From an uncultured Pseudomonadales bacterium (GTDB taxonomy: Bacteria > Patescibacteriota > Microgenomatia > UBA1400 > PJMF01), in assembly GCA_964583795.1 (NCBI GenBank), contig CAZOWX010000005.1, positions 861 through 64,860 of the forward strand: a stretch of DNA of 64,000 bases, in the 5' to 3' direction. How positions within the stretch are numbered: position 1 is the first letter of the stretch; every line of letters starts with the position of its first letter. The notes beneath the pieces were generated by a model that worked only from the letters and a program-made list of their open reading frames with translations, was not told the origin of the DNA and did not search any database. This document shows, piece by piece, positions 39,982 through 50,585 of this stretch. The position numbers were made by a program, and so were the translations under genes.

Positions 39982-41067
39982 TTAATTATGAATTGATCCT
40001 GTGAGCTCATAAATTGGTGTAATAATTGAAAACGCGACAAACGCCACAACAATGCCAATCACAATCAACATCACTGGCTCTAAAACAGTAGATAAATTGC
40101 GAGAGTTACTTTCTACTTCATCAGCGTAAAAATCGCCTAAATACAAAAGAGACTCATCCAACTTTCCTGTTTTCTCTCCAACACCAATCATTTTCCCCAC
40201 TAAAAGCGGTATGTGCGGAAATTCTTTTGTTGACAATGCATCAGCAATCGTTTTTCCTTTTTCCACTGTAAATGAGAGTAACTGTACATATTTTTTAAAA
40301 ACCAAGTTTGTTGTAGCACCTTCTTGAGCAACCAAAGCAGTCGTAATTGGTAGGCCACTTTTTAACATCAACCCCATGTTCCGACAAAAATAGCTTAACT
40401 GAATCTGTTGAGAAAACACTCCAATGACTGGTAGTTTGAGCAAAAACAAATGCCAATAGTACTTCACTCTTGGAATAGCAATAATTGCTCGAAATAAAAG
40501 AAAAAATAATACGAAGCCCATCACTATGACATGCCCCTGTGTTTTCATCAGGTTCGCCAAAAATAACAGAATTTGTGTACTCAGTGGTAACTTGGCATCA
40601 AGCGAAGCAAACAAATCAACAAGTTTGGGCAACACAAAAAGCGCAATGGAACCACCAGAAATAAAACAAATCATCAATACAATTTCAGGGTAAAGCAGGG
40701 CACCCTGCATCTTCTTTTGAAAATCATAATTTTTCTTGAGTTGAGTCGCCAGATACTCAAGGTTATTTTCCAATGTACCTGACTCTTCGCCAATTTTTAT
40801 TAAATTGATATAAAAGGGATCAAAAATTTTGGGGAACTTGACCAATGCATGCGCTAACGCTTGCCCATTATTTATCCGCGATAAAATTTTTAGAAGCATT
40901 CCCCGAAAAGCAGAATTTTTCGTTTGGGAAGCAATCGTTTCAACTGCTTCCCCAAGCGGAATACCACTTTTTATCATTACCGCCAAATGTTTAGTAAACA
41001 AAAGCTTGTCGAGAAAAGTCACACGGTCAAAAAAAGTTATTTCGGTTTGAGCACTAATTTTTTTCAT
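39982..41067 (-). CDS. pilC: Type IV pilus / T2SS platform protein PilC/GspF
   Basis: LAVMIKSGIPL, GEESGTLE, GEKTGKLDE, LEPVML. Confidence 0.93.
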   Translation of the reverse strand: MKKISAQTEITFFDRVTFLDKLLFTKHLAVMIKSGIPLGEAVETIASQTKNSAFRGMLLKILSRINNGQALAHALVKFPKIFDPFYINLIKIGEESGTLENNLEYLATQLKKNYDFQKKMQGALLYPEIVLMICFISGGSIALFVLPKLVDLFASLDAKLPLSTQILLFLANLMKTQGHVIVMGFVLFFLLFRAIIAIPRVKYYWHLFLLKLPVIGVFSQQIQLSYFCRNMGLMLKSGLPITTALVAQEGATTNLVFKKYVQLLSFTVEKGKTIADALSTKEFPHIPLLVGKMIGVGEKTGKLDESLLYLGDFYADEVESNSRNLSTVLEPVMLIVIGIVVAFVAFSIITPIYELTGSIHN

Positions 41068-41085
41068 ATCAAATTCAAACAGTAT

Positions 41086-42774
41086 TTATTTTCGTGTGAC
41101 CCTCAAAACTTCATCAATGGTCGTTATTCCCTGCTGGGTTTTTGCCAAACCGTCTTCATTCATTGTTGTCATTCCCTCAACAATAGCTTGTTTTTTGATT
41201 TCATTTGCATCTGCCTTATCGGTAATTAACTTTTGAATAGCAGGACTCATTTCCAGAACTTCGTATACTCCAATTCGACCCATATACCCCGTATGATGGC
41301 ACACCTCACACCCTTTACCTCGATATAAAGTAAATTGAGCATCTTTGCTAAAGTAACGATTAATAACCGCATCCGAAAAGTACTTTACTAACTGCGAGCG
41401 CTCAATGCTGTACGAAACCTTGCAACTCGCGCAAATCTTGCGAACTAAGCGCTGTGCAACAATAACGTTCACAGTCGATGCTACTAAGAATGGTTCGATC
41501 TCCATATCAATCAACCGCGGCATCGCAGTTGCGGCGTCATTGGTGTGCAGTGTTGACAACACTAGATGTCCAGTCATGGCAGAATTGATTGCAATATCTG
41601 CAGTTTCCTCATCTCGAATTTCACCTACAAAAATAATATCAGGATCTTGCCGAAGAATACTCCGCAATCCATTTGCAAAAGTGAGATTTGTTTTTGAGTT
41701 GACTTGGATTTGGTTGACACCAGTTAACTCATATTCAACAGGATCTTCTATCGTGTCTATATTTTTCTCCCGGCTATTCAATATTTTTAAGATTGAATAA
41801 ATTGTGGTCGTTTTCCCGCTTCCGGTCGGGCCTGTTACTAAAAGCATCCCGTAGGGACGCTCGTAAGCATTCTTGATTTTGATAAGATCTTTTTCTGAAA
41901 CACCCAAGTCAGCCAATGAGAAATCTCTTGATTTTGAAGACAGCAAGCGCAATACACAATCTTCACCAGCAACTATGGGAACGATGGAAACACGCACATC
42001 GAGGTCTTCTGCTTCCAGTTTTATCTGTAACTTCCCATCTTGAGCACTGAGGTGTTCATCAGTCCTCAGTTTCGAAAGTACTTTGATTCGTGAAATAACT
42101 TGAGCATGAAGATCCTTTGGCAGGTTTAAAACGTCGTGCAAGACACCATCAATTCGGAATCGAGTCATAGATCCCACTTGATTTGGTTCAATATGAATGT
42201 CAGATGCCTTGTTTGCGTGAGCATACTCGATCAAAAGATCAACGAGTTTTGCTACAGGAGTTTCTTTTACTACCGAAGCATTTGCTGCCTCTAATTCAGA
42301 GTGCAGCAACTCATCAAAACTTGATTGTAATTTCTTACGGTACAACGTAAGAGCATTTTTCAAGTCTTTCGGCGTTGCAAAGTAAACATTGATTGACTTT
42401 CCCGTTTTCTTTGCTATGTTTTGAAGGACATCCATGTGTGTCGGATGAGTGGTCGCAACTTTGAGCAAATTATCTTGCTCTCCAAACACTATCACATTCT
42501 GTTTTTTTGCATACTCTTCTGGAAGGATAGTGAGCAAGTCTTGTGATATAGAAGTTGATGACAAAGAAATAAATGGAAGTTGGTAAAAGTCTGCAACTAG
42601 CTTTCCTAAATTGGCATCTGAAATGAGATCTTTTTCATCTAACACCTCATACAAAGACTGTTCACTTGATTTGGTAGTGAAAAGTTGCTGTAGTTTATCT
42701 TGCTCTATCACTCCCGCATCCAATACAATTTTTTTCAAGTCATCATCGGATAGAGAAGTGTATGAAGAAGTCAT
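41086..42774 (-). CDS. pilB: Type IV pilus assembly ATPase PilB/GspE
   Basis: ASDIHIEP, GPTGSGKTTT, TIEDPVEY, LRQDPD, TGHLVLSTLHTN, CxxC..CxxC. Confidence 0.96.
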   Translation of the reverse strand: MTSSYTSLSDDDLKKIVLDAGVIEQDKLQQLFTTKSSEQSLYEVLDEKDLISDANLGKLVADFYQLPFISLSSTSISQDLLTILPEEYAKKQNVIVFGEQDNLLKVATTHPTHMDVLQNIAKKTGKSINVYFATPKDLKNALTLYRKKLQSSFDELLHSELEAANASVVKETPVAKLVDLLIEYAHANKASDIHIEPNQVGSMTRFRIDGVLHDVLNLPKDLHAQVISRIKVLSKLRTDEHLSAQDGKLQIKLEAEDLDVRVSIVPIVAGEDCVLRLLSSKSRDFSLADLGVSEKDLIKIKNAYERPYGMLLVTGPTGSGKTTTIYSILKILNSREKNIDTIEDPVEYELTGVNQIQVNSKTNLTFANGLRSILRQDPDIIFVGEIRDEETADIAINSAMTGHLVLSTLHTNDAATAMPRLIDMEIEPFLVASTVNVIVAQRLVRKICASCKVSYSIERSQLVKYFSDAVINRYFSKDAQFTLYRGKGCEVCHHTGYMGRIGVYEVLEMSPAIQKLITDKADANEIKKQAIVEGMTTMNEDGLAKTQQGITTIDEVLRVTRK

Positions 42775-42817
42775 AGTATGAAAACACCGCATTTCACTTT
42801 CATAGAACGAACAGTGT

Positions 42818-43183
42818 CTATAGCGCGATTACAGAGTCCATTTTCCCAATCAAATACGGTTGTTTATCATAAACAATAACAACACCATGAACGTCAACTG
42901 ACATCTTCTTCCCGCTTTTTGAAGTTAAGATCATTTTTCTCTTAAAGTGAGAGTAAGGGTTCATTGCCTCTGGTGCCATTTTTGAAGTATCACCATCAAC
43001 CAACTGAGAATTAACCGATATTGACATAGTATGTTCTTCTTCTTTGGTATATCCTGTAACCTGGCAATGATAATCGCTTACCCACACATATGTCATATCG
43101 TAGACATCAATGATCACATCAGGAGCAGGGATATACTCTTGTGCTTTGAGTAATAACTGCCCCGTTTCTTCTTGGTTCATCAT
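42818..43183 (-). CDS. Stand-alone PAS-domain protein
   Basis: YVWVSDYHCQVTGYTKEE..SKSGKKMSV; TATACT before ATGATG. Confidence 0.7.
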   Translation of the reverse strand: MMNQEETGQLLLKAQEYIPAPDVIIDVYDMTYVWVSDYHCQVTGYTKEEEHTMSISVNSQLVDGDTSKMAPEAMNPYSHFKRKMILTSKSGKKMSVDVHGVVIVYDKQPYLIGKMDSVIAL

Positions 43184-43568
43184 AAAAGTATAATTCTTCT
43201 CAGAGGTGAATTGCAAGACAGTTTAATTCGAAGAATAAAAGCTTTTACTCCCCAAATTACACTCAAAAGAAAGATTATTTACAATTTCTTGTGCTTCATA
43301 ATTGGTCGCGTCAGTGTTGCTTTTTTATCTCTTTTCTGTTCAGAAGTAAGAAGCAAAGAAAGTCATAACTCACAAGAAGGTCAGTTTTCGAAAGAATACC
43401 TTATGTAGCCACCAGTCTTGGCAGCAAAAATCATATGAGTAGAACTCGGTAGCAACACAATGGATTAAACAGGAAACAGTATGCTCGAAGTAATACACCT
43501 ATTGTTTCATTTTGACAGCTCATTTCACAGGAGATCACATCACACTCAATAAGCACTTAAATCGCCTC

Positions 43569-46500
43569 TTACTTCTTCATCCAGGAATAGTACAACACTG
43601 GGATAAAAAGCAACATGATCGTGCTTGCAATCAATAATCCAGAGATGATCGCTCCTCCCAAACCGCGCCAAAGTGGATCAGCGATGGTGATTGGCAAGAG
43701 TCCAAACACCGTACAAAACTTGGTCAAAATAATTGGCTCCATACGAGAAGCCCCCGCGTCCGCTATCGATTCAGTAAACTCCATTCCCTCTTTTCGATTC
43801 AAGTTAATCTTATCGACGATAAACATTGAGTTAGTCACTACAATCCCAAACAGCGACAATACCCCAATCAAAGCTGGGAAAGAAAGCGGTGTCCCAGTGA
43901 GAGCAAAGATAAAGAATACTGATGAGACAGCAAGTGGAATCACGATCAACACAATGATCGCTTGACGAAATGACGCGAACTGCACCACCATCGTAATTAA
44001 AATCAAGATAGCTGAGATCAACATCGCTTGTAAAATCGACTGCACCGATTTAGCGTTTTCTTCATTGACTCCCCCCGTTTTCCACTCGTATCCAGAATCA
44101 AGCTGCATGCTGTCTGCAAATTGCTCCAGACCTTTGTTGAGCTCACTGACTGAAAATCCGGCCTTTACTCCGGCACTCACACTCATGCTTCGCTTGAAAT
44201 CTTCTCGGGTAATACTGGTCGGATTAACCTTGGTGACAAAACTTCCTAGTTCTGTGAGTGGTAACGTTAATCCTCTTGGTGTAGTTACCTGAATTTGAGT
44301 CAAATCTTGTGCATCAGCAATAGAGTTTTGCATTCGAAATACGATGTCTTTTTTATCAGATGAATCTCCATTGAGATTGAGCGAATCGAGCGTCAAACCA
44401 CTCGCAAAAGCTCTCAGTTGTAAACCAAGCACTTGTGGACTCAAGCCATACTGCACCAATTTATTTTGGTCAGGCACAAACACGATCTTACTGGTTCCCG
44501 CCTTAATCGATTTACTCACATTGATCACTCCATTTTGCTGATTGAGGTACTCTACAATTTGGTTGGCATACGAATCGATTTTTTGAGACTCGGCACCTAA
44601 TAGGGTAATTTGAATATCGGCACCAGCTGGAGGACCACTCGATTCTTCGGTGACGGTGACTTTACCTTTTTGAAAATCTCCATAGGTCTGTCGCAAATCC
44701 TGCGCAATAGTGATGGAAGAGAGATCTCGTGAGTCTTTATCCGTTAACTTCAGCGAGTACAAAATCGTATTATTTCCCACACTCACTCCATTTAAACTCT
44801 CTGCACCCCGGCCTATTTCCATGGTTACAAATCGTGTTTCAGCAGTGTGGCGCAGCTCATCCAGCAGTTCCAACCCCACTGACTTCACATCATCAGCCTT
44901 GCTTCCTGCAGGTAGTTCCAACTCTACAAATAACTCTTCTCCGTCAGTTTTCGGAAAAAACTCATTCTTCACGAGTCCAAATGGTAGCAGTGCAAACCCA
45001 ATGACAGCGTACGCAATCACTCCAATCAGTACTTTGCGCCGACTTGATTTTGAAACCAAAATATTGCGCATCATGTTCTTGTAACCTTCTGCAAATGGCT
45101 CAACATCAATGAGTCCTCGTTGAAAAAGTCTACTGAGATAGGTTTTCAACATTGCTAACTTCTTTGATTGCAGACGTTGGGAAATCTTTTTTTGCCCATT
45201 TTGGAAATATTGTGTGTACGTCGCTCGCAGCTTCCAGATCAAAAAGGAAAGAGCGAGATATACAGCTATGATTGGGATCATCAGCGGATTGGTTTTTACC
45301 AACAGCGCAATCACTACTAATGAAATAAGGTATAAAGCGATTTGAAGCAGTGTGATCACTCGCTTGGGCACTACGGGCTTAAGCAACACAATCATGATTG
45401 GTAAGGTGATCAGTACAGCAATCCCAGTGGAAGAAATCATGGTGACTGCAATCACGATCGGAATGGGTTTGATGAACTCACCAATGATTCCAGTGGACAA
45501 AAGCAGCGGCACAAATGACCAAATAGTTGTTATGGTCGTTGACCAGATGGGGACAATGGTATCTTTCCATACCAGGACTCCAGTTTGAACGGGGTTGAAC
45601 TTTCCAGTTTTAAAGTAGGTCGTCATCGCTGAAACCACCACAATGGTGTCATCAATGAGTAGACCTAATGCTAAAAGCAGTGCAAACAGAGACAAAAAGT
45701 TGATGGACATTCCCACCATGTACATAAACATGAATGCGGACAAAAATGTCAGCGGTACGGTGAATGACGAAATAATCGCTTGACGCAAACCGAGAAAAAG
45801 CAACAAAGTGAAAAAGACCAGTAAGATTGTCGATCGAAACTCACCAAGCAAATCAGTGAATTGTTTGGAAATTTCATGACTGGTATCAGCGAGCGTCGTC
45901 ACTTGGTACGCATCACCTTTACTCGCGGTAAAATCATCAATGAGCGTCGTAACTTGTTTACCGGCATCTTCGATATCAGCATCCACAACTTTGTAGACAT
46001 AAAATGTTACCGCCTCAGTAGCAGTTGAATCAGAAGAAGCAAGATAGGCATCGTGATGATCGAGTTTAGGTTTGAGTGAGACATCTGCTACATCAGCCAG
46101 CGAAAAAGTAGCATCGTTGACCTCAATTTTCAAAGCACGAATATCGTCAATACTTTCCACGGCGGAGTCGATTGTCAGCGCAAACTCATTGTTATCAGTT
46201 TGCACACTCCCAGCGGGGTATGACGCGTGCGATGCCTTGATCAATTGACTCAGTTGCATGGGACTAATAGAGTACTCACTGAGCTTATTTTGGTTAATCG
46301 TCACTACGATTTCTTGATCATCAAATCCACTTGATACCACCCGATCAACTTTTGATAAGTTCTCTAAATCATCTTTGAGTTGTCGAGTCGACCGCATCAA
46401 ATCGGGATAACTATTCTTGGTCGAGACCGCAAAGGTCAGGACTGGTTGATCTTCAAAATCTAAGGCGGTGACACTTGGGGTCTGCGCGTCAGATGGCAAG

Positions 46501-46907
46501 GTATTGACTGCATCAACTTGTGACTGAACGTTATCTTTCGCCTTGTCGCGATCAACCGTTGATAAAAACTGGATACTTATCGCACTGACATTTTCCCTTG
46601 AGGAAGACACAATCGTGTCAACATCTTTCAAGCTTCGCAGTTTGTCTTCGATCGGAATGGTGACCAGACTCTCAACATCTGCTGGTCCAGCACCAGGAAG
46701 AACCGTTACCACGGTAATAATTGGAATTTTCACCTCGGGATTGAGACGGTGAGGCAACTGCAAAAAGCTTGCCAACCCCATTAACGAAATCGTCAAAATC
46801 AGTAACACCACCAACCGAATGTTGGTAATGTACTTCGCCACAGCCCCAAACATCTGTTTGGGATCAAACTGTAGTCGCTCGAGGTACGATGCTGCTTTCT
46901 TGGCCAT
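43569..46907 (-). CDS. RND efflux permease (AcrB family)
   Basis: PGAGPADVESLVT.PIE, LGLLIDDTIVV, FFPKTD, GIVVTNSMFIVD, SRMEPIILT. Confidence 0.95.
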   Translation of the reverse strand: MAKKAASYLERLQFDPKQMFGAVAKYITNIRLVVLLILTISLMGLASFLQLPHRLNPEVKIPIITVVTVLPGAGPADVESLVTIPIEDKLRSLKDVDTIVSSSRENVSAISIQFLSTVDRDKAKDNVQSQVDAVNTLPSDAQTPSVTALDFEDQPVLTFAVSTKNSYPDLMRSTRQLKDDLENLSKVDRVVSSGFDDQEIVVTINQNKLSEYSISPMQLSQLIKASHASYPAGSVQTDNNEFALTIDSAVESIDDIRALKIEVNDATFSLADVADVSLKPKLDHHDAYLASSDSTATEAVTFYVYKVVDADIEDAGKQVTTLIDDFTASKGDAYQVTTLADTSHEISKQFTDLLGEFRSTILLVFFTLLLFLGLRQAIISSFTVPLTFLSAFMFMYMVGMSINFLSLFALLLALGLLIDDTIVVVSAMTTYFKTGKFNPVQTGVLVWKDTIVPIWSTTITTIWSFVPLLLSTGIIGEFIKPIPIVIAVTMISSTGIAVLITLPIMIVLLKPVVPKRVITLLQIALYLISLVVIALLVKTNPLMIPIIAVYLALSFLIWKLRATYTQYFQNGQKKISQRLQSKKLAMLKTYLSRLFQRGLIDVEPFAEGYKNMMRNILVSKSSRRKVLIGVIAYAVIGFALLPFGLVKNEFFPKTDGEELFVELELPAGSKADDVKSVGLELLDELRHTAETRFVTMEIGRGAESLNGVSVGNNTILYSLKLTDKDSRDLSSITIAQDLRQTYGDFQKGKVTVTEESSGPPAGADIQITLLGAESQKIDSYANQIVEYLNQQNGVINVSKSIKAGTSKIVFVPDQNKLVQYGLSPQVLGLQLRAFASGLTLDSLNLNGDSSDKKDIVFRMQNSIADAQDLTQIQVTTPRGLTLPLTELGSFVTKVNPTSITREDFKRSMSVSAGVKAGFSVSELNKGLEQFADSMQLDSGYEWKTGGVNEENAKSVQSILQAMLISAILILITMVVQFASFRQAIIVLIVIPLAVSSVFFIFALTGTPLSFPALIGVLSLFGIVVTNSMFIVDKINLNRKEGMEFTESIADAGASRMEPIILTKFCTVFGLLPITIADPLWRGLGGAIISGLLIASTIMLLFIPVLYYSWMKK

Positions 46908-46914
46908 ACTGAAA

Positions 46915-48402
46915 TTATTGAGTTCTGACAAGCTCCCCCTCCGAAACGCTGCGCGAAACAATGATCAAATCATCGGTTGTGATCCCCTGGAGCACCCCAA
47001 CATATTTTCCTGATACTTCACCCAAAGTAACCTCTTTCACAGTCGCACGGTAGTCCTGGTCTTCTTTTGTGGCAACATACACAAACGCTTTCTCTTGGGT
47101 CTGATACACAGCGTCAAGGGGAACAAGCGGATCGTTGACAATGATTTTTTGTGGACCAACCGGAACACTAATCGAGATGGAACTTCCATTCGTGAGCCAC
47201 CCATCATACTCTGTGGGAATGATATATATAATAGTATGTAAACTACCTTGGGTCGCCTCGCTGGAAATAAACTCTGGCATTAACTCCACGTTTTTATCTC
47301 CAATATGGACGGTACTGGACTCAGTACTGATAATCGAACGTGTAATATTCGCAGAAGTGGTGATAATGGCTTTGTTTTGACCTTTGTCAGCTCGAATGGT
47401 CGCTAATACCATTCCTGGATTGACGGTCTGCCCAGGATTTACCATCACTCGCTCTACTGTTCCACTAAACGGTGAAACCGGATACATCATCGATTCATTC
47501 ACTCGAGCCAATTTGACGTTGAGTAAAGCAATATCCTTTGATAAAGTCAGCGACTTTTCTTGTAAATCAAGCTGTTTGAGGGTGAGATCTTTATTGATCC
47601 CATCCATTTGAGCAGGTGCTTTATTGCTATCGGTCTGGTACTCCGTGGTTCGAAGGCCCGCTCGCAATTGATTCAAACCGGAGAGTGTTGCTGCTTTGCC
47701 TTGTTTGGCCCCTAAAATAGCTGCATCATTCGAACCACTGACATTAGTCGATTCAAGCTGAGCGATCTGGGCATCAAGACTTTTTATGATGTCTTCACTC
47801 AAGGTGATTGCTGCCTTGGTGTCATCGATGGACTTACGATTGATATCACGCATTTCATTCGCTAAAACGTTCCCTTTTTCGGCGAGATCCCGCTGCTTTG
47901 CAATAACCTCTTTTTGAGTATCAAAGGTCTCAACAGCAAAATCATAATTTTTTTGGGCGAGTTGTCGAGAAAGTGAAGCGGCATTGGCACCTTGATAGTT
48001 GGTCGACAGGCGGACAATCGTGCCTCCTTTTACCACTCGATCCCCTTCATGAACACTGACTTTCTGCACCACACCTGGAGTTTGGGCAATGATGTTTAAC
48101 ACTCCGGTTTTCTCAACCGTGGCACTGAGGGTAATTTTTGGGGTTTGAGCAGCATTAAAAACTTCCACCAACTTTGGTTGTTCTTCTGCAGTTTCTTCGG
48201 TGATTTGTGGTTTTCGTAAACGGTCACCAACCACAATCAACAGCACTAACAATGCCATCAGTCCAAAAAAGAACATGAGTGGTCGAGCAGCAATAAATTT
48301 ACCCGTATTTTGCTTCGCTCGAGTGAAAATCGACCGAATGCCATTTGTTTTATTTTTACTTGATTTATCAGTATTTTTTTGCATATTTAAAGATGGTGTC
48401 AT
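46915..48402 (-). CDS. RND membrane-fusion (adaptor) protein
   Basis: TM anchor; VHEGDRVVKG and SPFSGTV lipoyl halves around a long coiled coil; VPLDAV. Confidence 0.9.
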   Translation of the reverse strand: MTPSLNMQKNTDKSSKNKTNGIRSIFTRAKQNTGKFIAARPLMFFFGLMALLVLLIVVGDRLRKPQITEETAEEQPKLVEVFNAAQTPKITLSATVEKTGVLNIIAQTPGVVQKVSVHEGDRVVKGGTIVRLSTNYQGANAASLSRQLAQKNYDFAVETFDTQKEVIAKQRDLAEKGNVLANEMRDINRKSIDDTKAAITLSEDIIKSLDAQIAQLESTNVSGSNDAAILGAKQGKAATLSGLNQLRAGLRTTEYQTDSNKAPAQMDGINKDLTLKQLDLQEKSLTLSKDIALLNVKLARVNESMMYPVSPFSGTVERVMVNPGQTVNPGMVLATIRADKGQNKAIITTSANITRSIISTESSTVHIGDKNVELMPEFISSEATQGSLHTIIYIIPTEYDGWLTNGSSISISVPVGPQKIIVNDPLVPLDAVYQTQEKAFVYVATKEDQDYRATVKEVTLGEVSGKYVGVLQGITTDDLIIVSRSVSEGELVRTQ

Positions 48403-48532
48403 AGTTGCCAAGGTGTAAAAATCCAGAAGGTGGATTATACCATAAATAAGGCGAATTTTCCAGTCCTAGAGTGGTTGGCACTGAGTCACTTTCAGGGAGT
48501 TTCCAGTTAAAATTGCAAAAAATGAAATGCCT

Positions 48533-49252
48533 TTATACTCGTTGTGCAAATAGGTTTAATTGTGCAGAAATTTCGTCAATATATGCTGGATTATCATAAA
48601 AATACGCCTGTCCATACTTTATCCACAAATCAATTTGTCGTGTTATTTCATCATATTTTTGAGGTCTGTCTCTCTCAGGAAGCAAAGAGAAATATCGTCG
48701 CAAACTTTTCAAAATCGTCACAATTTCGTCAAAAAACATCTGCTTTGCCAACCCAGAAAAACCCTCAAAACCAATCACGATATCAGGATACCACTTGTCG
48801 TCATTAAGCTCCCACTTCCCAGTTTGGACATCAAAAGCATGTGCAAGATCCACCTGAACGAGCCGAAATCGAACGTTCCCATACGATATATCGCCAGTTG
48901 CTGATTTCTCTAACATCATATTTTTTGCATTTCTATCTCCAACAATTAATCCATGTTTTGCCAACCCAATCATCTGATTAACTGCAGCAATACAAATATG
49001 GATGTTAAAACTAAGGTCATTTCGTGAATAAAAATGATACTCCCAAGTCCGTCCATCGATCTGTTGAATTGGAAACCGGCTGGTCAAATCCCCAAAATAT
49101 TTCCGTTCAACTACAACATCTTCTGGCAGAACAAGCTGTGGGAAAATTGCTGGGAACCGACAGCCCAAGATGGCATGGTTCTTAAATTTGAGGGTTTGAT
49201 CACCTTGAGAGTCAATTTCTGATTGCCAACGGATCTCAAGTGTGTTGCTCAT
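48533..49252 (-). CDS. Hypothetical kinase-fold-like protein
   Basis: HGLIVGDRNAKNMML..VQVDL resembles HxDxxxxN..D. Confidence 0.55.
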   Translation of the reverse strand: MSNTLEIRWQSEIDSQGDQTLKFKNHAILGCRFPAIFPQLVLPEDVVVERKYFGDLTSRFPIQQIDGRTWEYHFYSRNDLSFNIHICIAAVNQMIGLAKHGLIVGDRNAKNMMLEKSATGDISYGNVRFRLVQVDLAHAFDVQTGKWELNDDKWYPDIVIGFEGFSGLAKQMFFDEIVTILKSLRRYFSLLPERDRPQKYDEITRQIDLWIKYGQAYFYDNPAYIDEISAQLNLFAQRV

Positions 49253-49941
49253 GTGAGGAATTTAGGCATTATTCTGTGGATATTCGCCTTTGAAGTACGC
49301 GATTGCATCATCAAATTTTCCTTGATAAAAGAATTGATTAGCCACTTCATATTGACTTTTAATTTTCTCCATCGTTTCGTCTGGTACTTCACCCCATGGA
49401 GTCTAGCCTTTTTCAATCGCTCCAACAAATGTTTGAGATGGAACATAATCTCGCCTAGAACCTCTTCTTCTGTTGCATTTTCTCTAATATAGAGTTGGTG
49501 GTAAATACGTTGAGAATGGTACTCCAACACTTGTGAAGGAGTTTCGTCCAACACGTCGAGGTAATCTGCATATACAGCAGTATTAGGAATAAAATCCCGC
49601 AAATGACTAAGCCATGCCCCGAGAATCATCATTTGGCTCATAATCCTCGTATACGTTGAGGAACTCTCATCTGGAAAAAATGGTCTACTCAAATGTTTTT
49701 TCCTAGTTTCGTCATCATGCTGATAGCGCAAAGTCGCAATCAAGTGCGTCGGATCATAGGGATCAAATTCTTCCCATTCGGGTGAATCAACTTTAAATTC
49801 AGCTCTACGGTAGTTAAGCACAGCACTATAAAAGTGATAAAGCGTCACAATCGGAAACCCCATCTTTGCCAACTGGCGCAAAACTTGTCTGATTTCACCC
49901 CGTGTATCTTGAAGAGCTTGTTCTATGAGATCTTCTACCAT
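49249..49941 (-). CDS. Hypothetical protein, possibly frameshifted near the C-terminus
   Basis: TAGAAT before ATG; last ~50 aa look off-frame while an alternative frame looks protein-like. Confidence 0.55.
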   Translation of the reverse strand: MVEDLIEQALQDTRGEIRQVLRQLAKMGFPIVTLYHFYSAVLNYRRAEFKVDSPEWEEFDPYDPTHLIATLRYQHDDETRKKHLSRPFFPDESSSTYTRIMSQMMILGAWLSHLRDFIPNTAVYADYLDVLDETPSQVLEYHSQRIYHQLYIRENATEEEVLGEIMFHLKHLLERLKKARLHGVKYQTKRWRKLKVNMKWLINSFIKENLMMQSRTSKANIHRIMPKFLT

Positions 49942-50020
49942 AGAAGCAGAATTCTATCATACTTATTGATCTGTTTCAGATCTTTTGAAAGAATATGCTG
50001 AATTCATAGTAGAATGAGTC

Positions 50021-50575
50021 ATGAACACACAACAACTCACTTCACAACAACAACTTGATCTTCTCAAAACCCTTCAACAACGCTTTGAAAAAAATATGAG
50101 TCGACATAAGACTGTTGCATGGGAAAAAGTCCAAGCAAAACTTGAAACCCATCCTGAGAAACTCTGGTCACTCTCTCAAATGGAGCAAACCGGTGGTGAA
50201 CCTGACGTGGTGGAGTTTGATACAAAAGAGTATGTATTTGTTGACTGCTCTGCAGAGAGTCCTAAAGGGAGAAGAAGTTTATGCTACGACCGCCAAGCAC
50301 TTGAAGCTAGAAAATCATTTAAACCGAAAAGTTCCGTGATCGATGAAGCAACTGCCATGGGAATAGAGTTACTCGATGAGAGGCAGTACCGGCAATTACA
50401 ACAACTTGGAGAGTTCGACACCAAAACTTCGAGCTGGATCAAAACACCTACGAACATTCGTAAACTGGGCGGGGCTCTTTTTGCAGACCGTCGTTACGAT
50501 ACCGTTTTTATCTATCATAATGGAGCAGATTCGTATTATGCGGCTCGGGGTTTTCGTGGATTATTACAATTTTAA
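50021..50575 (+). CDS. DUF4256 family protein
   Basis: MEQTGGEPDVV, DCSAESPKGRRSLCYD, KTSSW, YHNGADSYYAARGFRG. Confidence 0.92.
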   Translation: MNTQQLTSQQQLDLLKTLQQRFEKNMSRHKTVAWEKVQAKLETHPEKLWSLSQMEQTGGEPDVVEFDTKEYVFVDCSAESPKGRRSLCYDRQALEARKSFKPKSSVIDEATAMGIELLDERQYRQLQQLGEFDTKTSSWIKTPTNIRKLGGALFADRRYDTVFIYHNGADSYYAARGFRGLLQF

Positions 50576-50585
50576 GAGCTTGAAA

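Noticed and set aside
43217-43568. Possible small gene or ncRNA in a 350-nt gap
   Set aside because: No convincing ORF or stable structure seen
50376-50585. N-terminal extension of the 230-aa ORF
   Set aside because: Overlaps the DUF4256 gene; ATG 50586 is the more plausible start
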